A stretch of DNA of 63,075 bases, the filler included, from Choristocarpus tenellus KU-1152 (Eukaryota; Protista; Phaeophyceae): NCBI GenBank assembly GCA_964200185.2. It is 11 parts of 11 records of this genome, joined end to end, with 100 filler letters (N's around TTAATTAATTAA, not from the genome) between each part and the next. Parts side by side here need not be neighbours in the genome. Positions count along the whole stretch, not along the records: positions 33,061 to 41,517 come from CAXNAD020004686.1; positions 41,618 to 45,241 come from CAXNAD020018889.1; positions 45,342 to 48,847 come from CAXNAD020019563.1; positions 48,948 to 55,798 come from CAXNAD020007218.1; 7 more parts are not named here. One strand, given 5' to 3'. This document shows positions 39,601 through 51,122 of this stretch, one piece after another. The position numbers and the translations under genes are program-made. Position 1 is the first letter of the stretch; every line of letters begins with the position of its first letter. The notes under the pieces were generated by a model, which had not been told where the DNA came from, made no database searches, and saw nothing but the letters and a program-made list of their open reading frames with translations.

Positions 39601-41045
39601 TTTTGGGTGTGGTGCTGCTTGTTGCCCTGCTATGTAACTGACGAAACCCCCCAGCTGCGGAGTGCCGTTTGATAATGCTAGTTTCACTGTAGCACATTTT
39701 TTGCAGTGTATTTGCACCCATTGTGGATAGGGTTAGGGTTGTGAACATCTTAGTGTCGGTTATATACTAGATAGAGTGAAGTTCTAGATGAATGGGGTTA
39801 ATGGTCCTGATAACGCCTTCGTAGAAGTTGAAAAAAAAGCTCTTGTATAGTCTTGTTGTGTAAAGCATTGTATGCTTCCTTGCACCATTTCCACATGAAC
39901 ATTATTTCACATGATCACTCACAATGCCTCCTTTTCAATCTGCTCTCAAAGGGCACCTGCATTTTTATCCATACTCTTGAAGTCAAGGTGTCAGCAGGGT
40001 TACTTCTAGACTTTCCACACTCTGCATCCACTCCTCCGAATGATGCAACTCAACTCCCCCATGTAACGGACCCTCTCTCAATTTGTCTGACATTTGTTCT
40101 TGTGATTTTGTGCAACCCACTTAATGCACTCAACTTCTCTATCTTATCACTTGTGTGTTTATTGTGTTGGGGTGGGTTAATAACAGGTACGTAGAAGTGG
40201 TACTCAACAGGTTAGGGTGACGGTGACAGCTGGACCAATAGGTCTTGGCCTTAGCTTGGCAGAGGAGAACAACAGATGCGTTGTCAGGGGGTTCAGGCCC
40301 ATGCCAGATGGGCAGAGAAATCCAGGACAGGCAAGCTACAAGGAAAGGGTGATATGCGATCACTTGATGACTGGTCGTGGGTGATTGTATCTGGCTTGTT
40401 TGTGGATTTTGTGAGGTTTGAGTATACTATGCTATTAATGCAGCATTGTATCACATTCTATGTATCACATTGCATGTATCACAGGTTGCTCAAACAGGAT
40501 AGAGGGTTGTGCGCTCATGTGTCTACCCTGACATGTGTGGAGGTTTACATTATGTGGTCAGCAGTTAATTTAGTTAATTTTCTCATGTCTTGATTTTTGA
40601 CTGAATTACTGAATTACTGATTTTTTATGTGTGTGCCTTGGTCATTGTCTAACATTGCCTTTTTTGTGTTTGTTGGTGAATATGATACTTCGTAGTACCA
40701 TAAGATGTTATTACTTTGGTGTCCATTAATTGCTTTACAATATTAGGCAAGGTATGTCCAGTTCTATGTGCCCTCTCACTGTACATGGATCTAGATAATG
40801 TTTGGTCGCTAATGTATGGTCACAAGCCTGTGCCAAGAGACTCACAATCAACTCATTTCCCCTCCCCCCTCACCTTCATCCCAAATGGTCAATTTGTTCT
40901 GGCATTACAGGAGGCGGGTGTACAGCTTGGGGATGTTCTAGAGCAGCTTGATGGCTTGCACTTGGGGTCGTTTCAGGAAGCTATTGAACGCCTGAAGCAG
41001 CGCAGGGGTACTGTAGTGTTGACACTCTTACGAGAAAAGAGTTGA
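33608..41045 (+). CDS. Mx/dynamin-like GTPase, C-terminal half (stalk + GED) with C-terminal PDZ domain; 5' incomplete
   Basis: Exons 33608-33757, 34451-34624, 35802-35858, 36646-36777, 37612-37726, 38681-38823, 40187-40330 and 40911-41045 join in frame. Motifs RGRELPGF and E..PFT.ND (middle domain), AYWLLAAKRFVDNV and R..L...RDRL..A (GED), then VTVTAGPIGLGLSL...VVRGF...NPGQ|EAGVQLGDVLEQLDG...AIERLK...VVLTLLR (PDZ). Confidence 0.88.
34206..34264. repeat. 29-bp tandem duplication (intronic)
   Basis: aacttcttgttaacaatatcattgttttg x2. Confidence 0.9.
38327..38436. repeat. 48-bp tandem repeat, 2.3 copies (intronic)
   Basis: Units start at 38327, 38375 and 38423. Confidence 0.9.
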
Positions 41046-42243
41046 GGAATGGAGGTGCCATGCCAACTGGGAAGATCTTAATTCCCAAAGATCTGTAGAT
41101 GAGGATGGAATCATTGGTGAACTTAATGAAGGGGTTGATAGGCCTGGACAGGGGTGTAGTTCGGATGTAACTGCACTTGATTTACGTGAGGGTCTAGACC
41201 TGTCATTCAGTGAGGCATTATATGGTGTATTAGTTTCCCATTGAACAAGCAAGCAGTGTGGCAGACGAAAAAAAATGTGGGTAATTAAATATGTTTTGAT
41301 GTGTTCAATATGTGAGGTAGTCTCTGCCTTGAAGTGGAATGTGAGTGTTCGTGGGCTGAGCACACATTGAACATTGTTGTTACTCTGATCAAGGACATAG
41401 TGTGTGTATGTCTCTGTATAATTACTCACACACCACTGTACAACTTGGCAGTTTTTTCTCCTCTTCCTCCTAATAACAGGGGATTCGCAAAATTGAGGAT
41501 GGAGCGGGACTATGAGGNNNNNNNNNNNNNNNNNNNNNNNNNNNNNNNNNNNNNNNNNNNNTTAATTAATTAANNNNNNNNNNNNNNNNNNNNNNNNNNN
41601 NNNNNNNNNNNNNNNNNGGGGGGGGGGGCTGATGATGACTAACCCAGGAGAACGTCAATCTCCGTCAACCAAAAAAACCGGCAGGAAGGTACGGCGATAC
41701 CAAAAAAGTAAATTACTGACCTAATAAGGTATACCACAGTACAGTCAATTGATTCAATTCCTTACACCATCATAACATTATCGAGGAGTAAAACCGGCAC
41801 CTAATTTAAATAGCTGATCACACACTGCTCGTAGAGCTACGTGGTGCTACCAACACTGGCTCTTAGCACGAATAAGCATACTCCTCTTCATTAAATCCAT
41901 GCCAAAAGTTGGTGGCAAGCTCAAACATTAAGGGAGTCTTGCTTCTTAGAAAACGAAACGGTGGCAACGGTTGTTGTCCACAGTTTTGTGCGTTAGTGAC
42001 TGGGTATCACATAAATCAAGGCCATCAGTTCACATGTACAATCTGGCTCTCAGATAGACCACTACAGATTAGAGGTGGCAAAAAAAAGCAGGACCCAACC
42101 ATCCTCATCACGCAAAAATTTCACTGACAAGAAATCGCTTTATCATCACCCGTTCTATCTTGACTCAGAAGGGTGAAAAGGGTGAGTGGGCCTCATCAGC
42201 AATCATGCCTGCTTCCAGCACAATAATATCAACACCTCCTCAC

Positions 42244-44341
42244 GTCTCAGTAAGGCCAAACGCCTGATCAAGCATGTCTTCTTCGTCTTCGCTGGCCTCT
42301 TCCAAGCTGTCAAAAACTTCAGGCTCCAATATCACATGGCATGTTGAGCACGCACAAACGCCCTCACAAGCCCCTGGGACCATATCATCCCATTCAGATG
42401 GAGAGACAAACAAGAGTGAGGGAGCACAAGAGAGAAAAGTGCTTATTACTTGAACATTGAACTAAGCATTTGGAGTAGTTTGAAGTGGATATCCTGTGAA
42501 GCACATCAATCTACTTCACACTTTCTAGGGCTTGGTAATTGAGGGTTCATCAATGTTAGGCCACCTGTGGAGGTTAGGGTTAGGGTTAGGGTTAACATGA
42601 GTGCACCTTCGAGTTCAATCCCATGCTTGTGGGCCACCCGCATCAGGTTCATCCCGCACTTGGCTGTGGTTGTCAGGGTGCTGCCCTTGGCACTCTGCCA
42701 AGTCACGTTTACCCTAAAACATAAAAAAAACATATTCATGGGAAGAAAAAATTGTAATAAAAAAAACGGTCGAGGTCTCCAGGCAGAACAGAATAAACAA
42801 ACTGATGTATAACATTTATGTTGGGTTGTTTGACACTGTTCTGTACATAACAATCTGAAGGAAGATATTCTTCAGTCATCTCTTGCGATGAGGACAACCT
42901 GTGGCACAGAAATCGGAATAAACAGTACAACGCTTCAAGTACATACTATTTTCTGTTATGGAGGTGAGATATGCAAAACCCCAAAATGGGAGTAAATAAA
43001 TGCTACATAAGAAAAGAAAGCGATCTCTATAGTGTTCGCAGGGGATAGGGATATGATGTACTAAGAGGTACCAGAGACTACGATAAATTGGTTTGTGGAA
43101 TAGACACATATTGGCATAAAAATAACACACTTAGTAACTACTACACGATTAGGCACCACCATACCCTTCCAAACAACAAAACAGGGTGTTACTAGACTCA
43201 TTTTCTTCAGGCATAGGTGCAAGGACTATGCATGGGAAGGAGAAAGCGTGCTGAATCACAACGGTCCCTACATGAACAAGGCTGTGCTGGAGAATGATGG
43301 TAGCATGACTGAAGTAGCCCTAGTTGAAAGCTAGATGATATTTCAAACAGTATCACAAACTCACGTTTGGGCATTCTCAAATCCTTCTTCGTGGTCCCCA
43401 TGGCAAGCTGTAGTCAAAATGATGGGGAGAAGAGGGGGGTGGGTAGGTGTCAGCTGGTTGGGGGGGGGGAAGACAAGAACATGCCAATGATAGTACACAC
43501 TGCCAGCTTCAATCTTGAAAAAAATGGGAATAAGATATCCTGAAACGAGAATTCAGACATGCCATTCTTGTAGCTATATATTTTTTTCAAAGGCAAGCGT
43601 GATCAGTGCGCGCTGTACTAAGTAGGCAACCCCATTACTTCGTCTAAAAAATAAGCGCGTCGTTAACCACTGTCCTACGGAAGTAGTTTAGAGGATACCT
43701 CAGTCAGGGTAATGCTAATACCCCTGGAGACGAAATCCGCTCCATGTGTTGCCCAATCCGTATGTTCACGCAATCCTCTATCGATCCCTCACATATTTAA
43801 GCACACAATCACCTCCGACCATTGCTGAACAAAAACATGATCACGCCATCTTTCCATCCCATTTCTCTGAATCCCCAGTAAAACATGCAATTTGTCAAGC
43901 CCTTGGCACCAGAAGGTTAATCAATACATCAATAATCACCGACTCAGGGATCAATAATCACCGACTCAGGGATCAATAATCACCGCCACCTGAATGCCAT
44001 TCACTCACAACTTAAACACATGCAGGCTGTTAAGTATTGTATGCCTGTGAGGTGCAGATCACTGCTCGATGTCCTATCCAAGACACATGCCCTCTATGCA
44101 CGTGTCGACCCTATTTGACAACGAATGAATATTACTCACTCTTTCTAGTGTAGGAAATGCCCCTTGACCACCCCTTCAATCGTGCAGTTCCAGACAAGTG
44201 GGTAGTCCATTTGGTGTTGTATCTACTCCACTGACGGTGGTGACCTGCTACTGAACTAGCTCCCCGCCTACAGAAGGAGGCGCCCGGCAACGTTTCTGTC
44301 GCAAGCAACAAGTATCGTGAAATTCCTGTGCCAAACACCAT
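42244..44341 (-). CDS. Mitochondrial adrenodoxin-type 2Fe-2S ferredoxin, last exon(s) missing
   Basis: Exons 44341-44140 (Arg/Ser-rich presequence), 43407-43365, 42713-42607 and 42373-42244 are phase-consistent and give LEGACEGVCACSTCHVIL...EEDMLDQAFGLTET; the SRLGCQ exon was not found on this contig. Confidence 0.92.
43929..43985. repeat. 22-bp tandem repeat, 2.6 copies (intronic)
   Basis: tcaataatcaccgactcaggga at 43929 and 43951, partial at 43973. Confidence 0.9.
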
Positions 44342-44541
44342 CGCAAACGACGCCTTCTTGACCTCTGTATAGGGTAGAGCGAGGTTGGTTCAAGCAACAA
44401 AGAATCAACTTGGAGTTCATGAATATATGGAAGCGTTTCTATGATGTGTTGGAATGTATCCTTGGTTGATCACCCACCTAGCAACCACAGCCAATATTTA
44501 GAGTGACATCTCTTTTCTTTCACCTGGCGTTTGGGGGTGTT

Positions 44542-44930
44542 ATGCACCGAATGCTTGCCTTTCGATGGATTCGCCAGCCTAGTCATGTGAGGTCAAAGGA
44601 GGTGGCTATCCATAATGCTCGTACGATCGTTAGGGGCTTTGCTCCCCCTCCACCCAGGACTTTTCCTGGATGCACCATCAACGACGGACGTGGAGGGACA
44701 AGGTCGATCTCGTCGACACCACCATTGCTTAAGGGTCGAAGAGGTGGATCTTCTGCTCTAATACAGAGAGATAGGCGTGGCAGATCGAAGTCCTCGAAGA
44801 AGAGCAAGGGGGAACGTTTGAAGACAGTAGTGGAGCACAACCTGAAGCTGAAAGAGGAGAGACGGATGGAAGCCGAGGATAAGAGGGATACGGCAATCTT
44901 CGCTGCAATGTCTCCTGAAGAACGAAAAAA
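44542..44930 (+). CDS. First exon of an unidentified, probably mitochondrion-targeted protein
   Basis: MHRMLAFRWIRQPSHVRS...TRSISSTPPLLKGRRG is an Arg-rich, acid-poor presequence with an R-S-I-S-S-T cleavage-like motif, followed by a charged helix; GT donor at 44931. Confidence 0.6.
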
Positions 44931-45341
44931 GTGATTGGCGTAGCAAGCGTATTAGGGCTGAGAGGATAAGTTGGCAAGTGTTCTTGGCGTGTTGGTGGGC
45001 GAGTGGAACGAGGGTTATTCATACCTTACTTGCCACAGATATTTATTTATATATATAATGTATATGCATCCATTGTGTAGATGCGTGCGTTTAAACTTCT
45101 GATAGAGACAAAACATCTGCATCTTCAGAGGTTTCCTAGAAGCCTATAGGGCGAGAAATGCACATGTACCGTTGGTGATCAGTACCACAATCCTCATCCT
45201 TCACTCAACTACCCCCACACCTGGATCCCTCCCTTCAAGGCNNNNNNNNNNNNNNNNNNNNNNNNNNNNNNNNNNNNNNNNNNNNTTAATTAATTAANNN
45301 NNNNNNNNNNNNNNNNNNNNNNNNNNNNNNNNNNNNNNNNN

Positions 45342-45560
45342 GAGACATCCGACTCTGTTTGGCCTATATTACGGCACAGTGGAGCTAGTGGAAGTGGTGT
45401 TTCATCCAACATAAATTCCTCCAACCGTGTTCGGGATAACATATCCGGAATATAGTGTAAACGTCCCGATTTATCTAAAACTGTGAAATCAAAAGCTTGT
45501 AAGGCTAAGGCCCACCTGGTCAACATATTGGAAGTATCTTGAGAAAAAAGGACTTGGCAC
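45342..45560 (-). mobile_element. Ty3/Gypsy LTR retrotransposon RNase H fragment
   Basis: MLTRWALALQAFDFTVLDKSGRLHYIPDMLSR resembles the consensus RLARW.L.LQ.FDF.I.H..G..N..AD.LSR. Confidence 0.8.
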
Positions 45561-45825
45561 CTTTTTGACGCTTTCACATTCGAATCTATTGTAAATTGTA
45601 TGATTGCTTCCGATAACGTTCTGTGCGTGTTGCAATCAACTAATATTAATATAGTCACTGAAATTTCAATATTTATTTTTCAATATCAGTCCAAAACAGA
45701 GATTAAAGCATCAAGCAATGTGCCAAAATAAAAAAAGTAACAGAAATTGTAACCGACGGGATGACTTGAATGACTTCAATGCGATGACCTGCACCATACT
45801 GAGGACATGCATCTTGATTGCAAAT

Positions 45826-45828
<3 letters not shown>

Positions 45829-45869
<41 letters not shown>
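45829..45869. repeat. (AG)20 microsatellite
   Basis: Direct observation. Confidence 0.95.
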
Positions 45870-45871
<2 letters not shown>

Positions 45872-46133
45872 CCAAGAAAAGGTATCTAAAAGAACTGTAC
45901 CAACTCTTGAAGAACTCATATTACCCATTACAGTATATATATGATTATCCCCTCGGACATTTTGCAGATATACCATGGGAAAAACTAATCAAGACTATCC
46001 ACATATCTGACCCATTATCCTAATCAATAGATTGAAGAATCCATGGCAATGTATGACACAACTAGGTTGCTCAGACCACCACTTGACTCTGGTAGTAGGA
46101 AATGGTAGATGTGATTTGGATTTTGTTGCTATC

Positions 46134-48543
46134 ATGATGTCTTTGGGACTCCACTTATTCGCGATTTTTTCCTGCCTCATGCTGTCAGTAGAGAGGGGGT
46201 TGGGTACGTCGTGTTCGACTCCCTCAGACTTCATCGTAGAGGATGCGAATGACGCCAACCTATTGGTTCAAAATTTGATAAACTCGAGTCAACGAAGCTT
46301 TGTGGTGACCTGGCGAGGGTATGTTGTGATTAACCTTACGATTGCCGTTCTTGACGGTGTCAATCTTAGCGTTTGTGGCAGCGATTCAACGTCGGTGATT
46401 GATGGGGGCAACATCCATCAACTCTTTTCTGTGTCTGGGTCTGAATTGCACCTCTTCGGCCTTACTTTGACCAACGGAAATTCCACGGGGTCAGGTGGGG
46501 CAATTAGTGCTTCGGACTCGAATGTGACAGTGGAAAACTGTTCATTCGAGCAAAATCTGGCTAGTGACAATGGTGGATCCATATTCAGTGCATCATCCAG
46601 TATCTCCTTTAGGGGCGAGTCAAGCTGGAGAAATAACCATGCAGGTGAAGAATAGGAAGGCATCTCGATTTTCGAAAACACGAATGCTGCCCCATTTGTT
46701 GACTCTGTTCGTTCTTTTTCAAAGAACAGCACGTAGCACCGGTTCTCATCGTCACGACACTGATTTATCCAGGATCGAAGTTGGACATGATTACCAATAC
46801 TCCACACTTTAAACTCAGTCGCCAAGGTAGTTGGCTGAGGAAGTATATATAGTGGCTAACATTGAACCTTGATGACGCCTTAAGTTTGAAGATTGTGTGT
46901 TGGAACCTGATGTGATTCAGGTATATATACATTTCTTACTTGGATAATGTAGAAGTCGAAGTCGACGGCGCTGGGAGTGAGACGAAGGAAGTATACAACA
47001 ACTGTGAGTTCAGTTGACTGTCGATTATTAATGATGATAAAGTTCTCGATTACCCGAAACACCATGGGCATTAACGCCTATTCAACCACTTGGCAATACT
47101 TGTTCAAAATTGAATATTTGAGCGATTGTACATGATAGTGTCCATGAGGAATTTGTTCACATCTGCTTGGCATTTTCTATGCTAGTTCTGTAATTAATCT
47201 TGCCTGTATTGAGACTGCTCAGAGCTTTCTTTGTTGGTATTTAGAGGGTGAAGGGTAATTGACTCCTAATCATGGTGCCGTGAAACCACTGCAAATTCAT
47301 TCAAGAACCCTCTTAGCAGAACCTGTCCTGGTCCTCACATACCTCCCCATCAAAGAAATGCCAGAAGGATGTTCATGTGGAACATTCTCCCATTGCACAT
47401 TTCTGGTACTGAAGCTGTTGGCGGAAATACAATCCTAGGTATAGAGTGAGAAAATCCTGGAACTTTCATCCAAAACTTGGTCTCTAAAATGAAGGTGCAA
47501 GCCCACTCCAGCACACGTTAAGATCTCTTTCAGTCAACAGATCTCCCTCCCTCACTTTCCAATCTTGTATTTCTACTCCACTTAAATGGTTAACAGTTAA
47601 AGTTGCTCCAAAAACTTCCCATGTAAAAAACTATGTCCTTGCACAGTTGAGCATGGAATGGAACAAGTGTGGATGGACTGTTTTGCTGTTGACTCTATAA
47701 TCCAGAGTTGGTTATCAGAAATCGGTTAGACTTCACCAACTCGACCATTATGACCCCACACCCATGTCAATTCACGCCATCCAAAGCAACATTTGGACTG
47801 AGCCAAAGCAAACGAGAGGTGCCCATTTTTTCGCCGTTTTGCGTTATATGCCAATTTTACAATATTTTGCAATTTTTCAATATTTTGCAATTTATCCATA
47901 TTTCCACAGATGAAATTCTAAGTTTGACTTGGGAGATTTAATTTCTCTATTATTTGAAACTTTTGACACATTTCGGAAAATAACCTATACATATTTGTAA
48001 CCCTCCCAAAAAGATGCACGTATTGAGGGCATCCACAAAATGCAACTATAGATGCCTCTCTTTTACTTTGACTCACTTCCTTCCTCAAAAAAACAAAACA
48101 GATTCGGTGGGGACTTTACACAATGTTTTTGCATGAATTCAAGCAATGAGATGGTCGGAATATGTTAGAAATAATTCTTCAAAGCTATGGTTCAAAGTCT
48201 TAAAAACGTTGCTGATATATTCCTCACCCTTTATCAGTATCAAGTCCCAAGTTATTTCTGAATTCGTAGTCTCCATATTAACGAACTTAGGACAAATTTG
48301 ATCCATTCAGGGACAGATGTCTAAACATTTAATTTCCATGAGAAACTTTACCTACTCCTTATCCTTTTCCACACTCTAGATGAACAGTATCAGGTCTGTT
48401 TCCTAGGATGTAAAGTTACGCTCTCAATTCACTCCTACAACACCATGACATAATTCCAGATGAATATGGAGGTGCGGTCTATGCTCAGGACTCATCAATT
48501 CTCCACTTCAGTGGTGATTCCATTTTTCATGGTAACAGTGCTG
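46134..48543 (+). CDS. Secreted POMP-repeat / adhesin-like beta-helix protein, 3' incomplete
   Basis: Exon 46134-46644 has a signal peptide, VIDGG...QLFSV...L.LTNG, and GGAI/GGSI...F..N.A repeats; exon 48460-48543 (DEYGGAVYAQDSSILHFSGDSIFHGNSA) is joined in phase 1. Confidence 0.85.
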
Positions 48544-48994
48544 GTAAGTCCATACGTTCTTTCTTCTACCTATAGACAGGTATTCTTGCCTAGCAGGGAA
48601 TGAAATTAGAGTCAGTTGCGTATATGTTATCTGTTCTCCATATCAGTGAGTAAGAGACTGTCTCGATGTCAACTGGTGAGCCTTGTTAGACTAATGGCAT
48701 GAATTTTAGCAGTTCAGTGAGTATCTTCAATAAGGTCAAACAATGCACAATTCACTGACCAATGCTGCAAGTCAAACATTGCATAGCAAAATATACACAC
48801 ACGGTAAGAGAAAAGTGCCCAACAAGGTCAAGAGTAGAATCGTTGCTNNNNNNNNNNNNNNNNNNNNNNNNNNNNNNNNNNNNNNNNNNNNTTAATTAAT
48901 TAANNNNNNNNNNNNNNNNNNNNNNNNNNNNNNNNNNNNNNNNNNNNCCGTAGATTGGAGCTATACATCCTGTGGAGGTAAGCTTTCTGGGGCG

Positions 48995-50090
48995 CCTGTA
49001 ACAGTACATGGCCTTCCTGTCCCCCTCATGACCAAAGCAAGATATGCGAGCGCATCCTGGGTCATGACGAAGGCGGCTCTTCACATTCACCATGCCATCC
49101 AACTTATGTGCAGATCAGTACAGTGCCTTCTTGTCTCTCTCATGACCAAAGCAAGTCCCGTGGGGGCACATTCCATGTAACAACACTTGGTCGCAATCAC
49201 ATTCACCATGCCATCAAGTTTATGTGCAAAGAAGAACATGGCCTTCCTGTCCCTCTCATTTCCAAAGCTAGGACGGCAGGCACACTGGGTGATGACACTG
49301 GCGCCTCTTCACATTCACCATGCCATCAAGTTTATGTGCAGAGTAGTACATGGCCTTCCTGTCCCCCTCATTACCAAAGTAAGATGTGTGAGCACATCCT
49401 GTGTGATGGAATGAGTTCTCTTCCACATTTACCATGCCATCAAGTTTATCTCCAGAGCACTACACTGCTTTCCTGTCCCACTATTAATTAAAGCTAGGAT
49501 AGCGGGCACACTCTGGGTGATGGCAACGGGACCTCCTCACATTCTTCATGCCATCTAGCTTGTGTTCAGAGCATTACATGGCCTTCCTGTCCCCCTCATT
49601 ACCAAAGCTGGGATAGCAGGCACACTCTGGGTGATGGCATGAGTTTCCTTTCACATCGAACATGCCATCCACCTTAGGTGCAAAGCAGAGCATGGCCTTC
49701 CCGTCTCTCTCATGACCATAGCTAGAAGAGCAAGCACATCTTGGACCCAAAGTATCTGGGGGAGGGGGGGGGGTCTACACCTGGGTGCCCATTTGGGTCA
49801 AAATAAGGAAAAGTGCGTTTATATTATCCATCGGTCGTATGCAACCAAATCACCAAAAAAACGCGACATGAAAAAAATGACCCCAAATGGATAGCCGTCA
49901 CCCTCCTCCAGATACTTTGACCCCTTAGATGATGATAAGCAGGCCCCTTCACATTTACCATGCCATCCAGCTTATGAGCGGTGCAGTACAGTGCTTTCTT
50001 ACCCCCTCGTAATTAAAGCTAGTACATTGGGCACAGTCTGGGTGATGACAACAGGCCTTCTTCATGTCCACCATACTATCCAGCTTGTGT
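48995..50090 (-). pseudogene. Decayed array of eight 38-aa EsV-1-7 cysteine-rich repeats
   Basis: Period of about 114 bp (catgccatc-like anchors at 49091, 49207, 49319, 49433, 49547, 49661, 49959, 50072) encoding HKLDGMVNVK...C..PGC...(P)SFG.EGDRKA.YC; contains stops, frameshifts and a MITE insertion. Confidence 0.88.
49744..49923. mobile_element. MITE family B inserted in the EsV-1-7 array
   Basis: GACCCAAAGTATCTGGGG ... CCAGATACTTTGACCC; flanks cttg/ctta; it lengthens that repeat unit by 184 bp. Confidence 0.92.
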
Positions 50091-50202
50091 AGTTATAACC
50101 TCAACACCTTCGCAGTGGAAAATTTTGGCGCCTCGGCAAGCAAGCAGAACATTTCCTGGATGAGCTAACTACACATACGATGGGGGAGAGGAACTGGAGG
50201 AT

Positions 50203-51122
50203 ACAGCAGAAAAGGAGCCATCAAATCCCACCTACGCCAGACAGTCTCAGTCACAACACAAGTAGCCATATCTAGACGGTTCATGCGTTTTAAGCTGGAG
50301 TCACCAGGAGATGGGCAAGGAGGAGTTTGTTAGATTCTTGGGATGCTTCCCTAGCTCCTCAGCCTGGGGTGCAGGAATAGGTTTGAGACACAGGAAGGCA
50401 GTAGTAGTACAACATAGATAGTAGTAAAATAACCCTCTGGCATTTTGCAGATGTGTGAGAGGAAAAATCAACAAAATTGATTAATATCTCAGGATAAACC
50501 CCCCAAAATAAGTTGTCATAAATGCGAAAAACTTTCCGTCATGAAGGTGTTGAGTTTGCAGATATTTTATTATTATGCCCACTGACATTTTCCAGATGTG
50601 CAAGGGAAAAAACTAATGAGAACTATTCACATGTCTGATAAATCCCTAAGGAAGTAATAGTTGTCACAAAAGTGAAAAACTGGAGATATCAATTTGACGC
50701 ACAGTAGTAGGAAAGGAACCCCTACCACAGCGCGCGATAAGAAAACAAACAGTAGTGCTTTTATTATTATGCCCTCCAACATTTTCCAGGTGTGTGTGGT
50801 AAAAAACAATGAAAGCTATTAACATGTCAGAAAGATCCCTAAAAAAGTAAAAGTTCTCATAAACGTGAAAAACATTACTCTACTTACTATTTTACTACCA
50901 GGTATGCTGCACCACTAGCTTCCTGTGCCTCCAACCTAGCTTAGTCCTGCACCGAAGGCGAGGAGCTAGGGAAGCATCCCAAGAATCTAACAAGCCCCTC
51001 CTTTCTAATCTCCCTCGTGTCTCCAGCTTACAACGCATGATACGTCTAGAAAGGACTACCTGCGTTGGGACAGAGACATCTATCTGTTGTCGACGGGATT
51101 TGACAGACCCTTTCCTGCTAGT
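50203..51122. mobile_element. Non-coding foldback-like element with about 230-bp inverted arms and three internal direct subrepeats
   Basis: About 50203-50431 aligns to the reverse complement of about 50888-51121 (core ttgttagattcttgggatgcttccctagctcctc is identical); subrepeats start near 50433, 50568 and 50761. Confidence 0.8.

Noticed and set aside
42850-42897. Candidate ferredoxin exon LSSSQEMTEEYLPSD
   Set aside because: No donor in the required phase; the gene splices cleanly via 43407-43365 without it.
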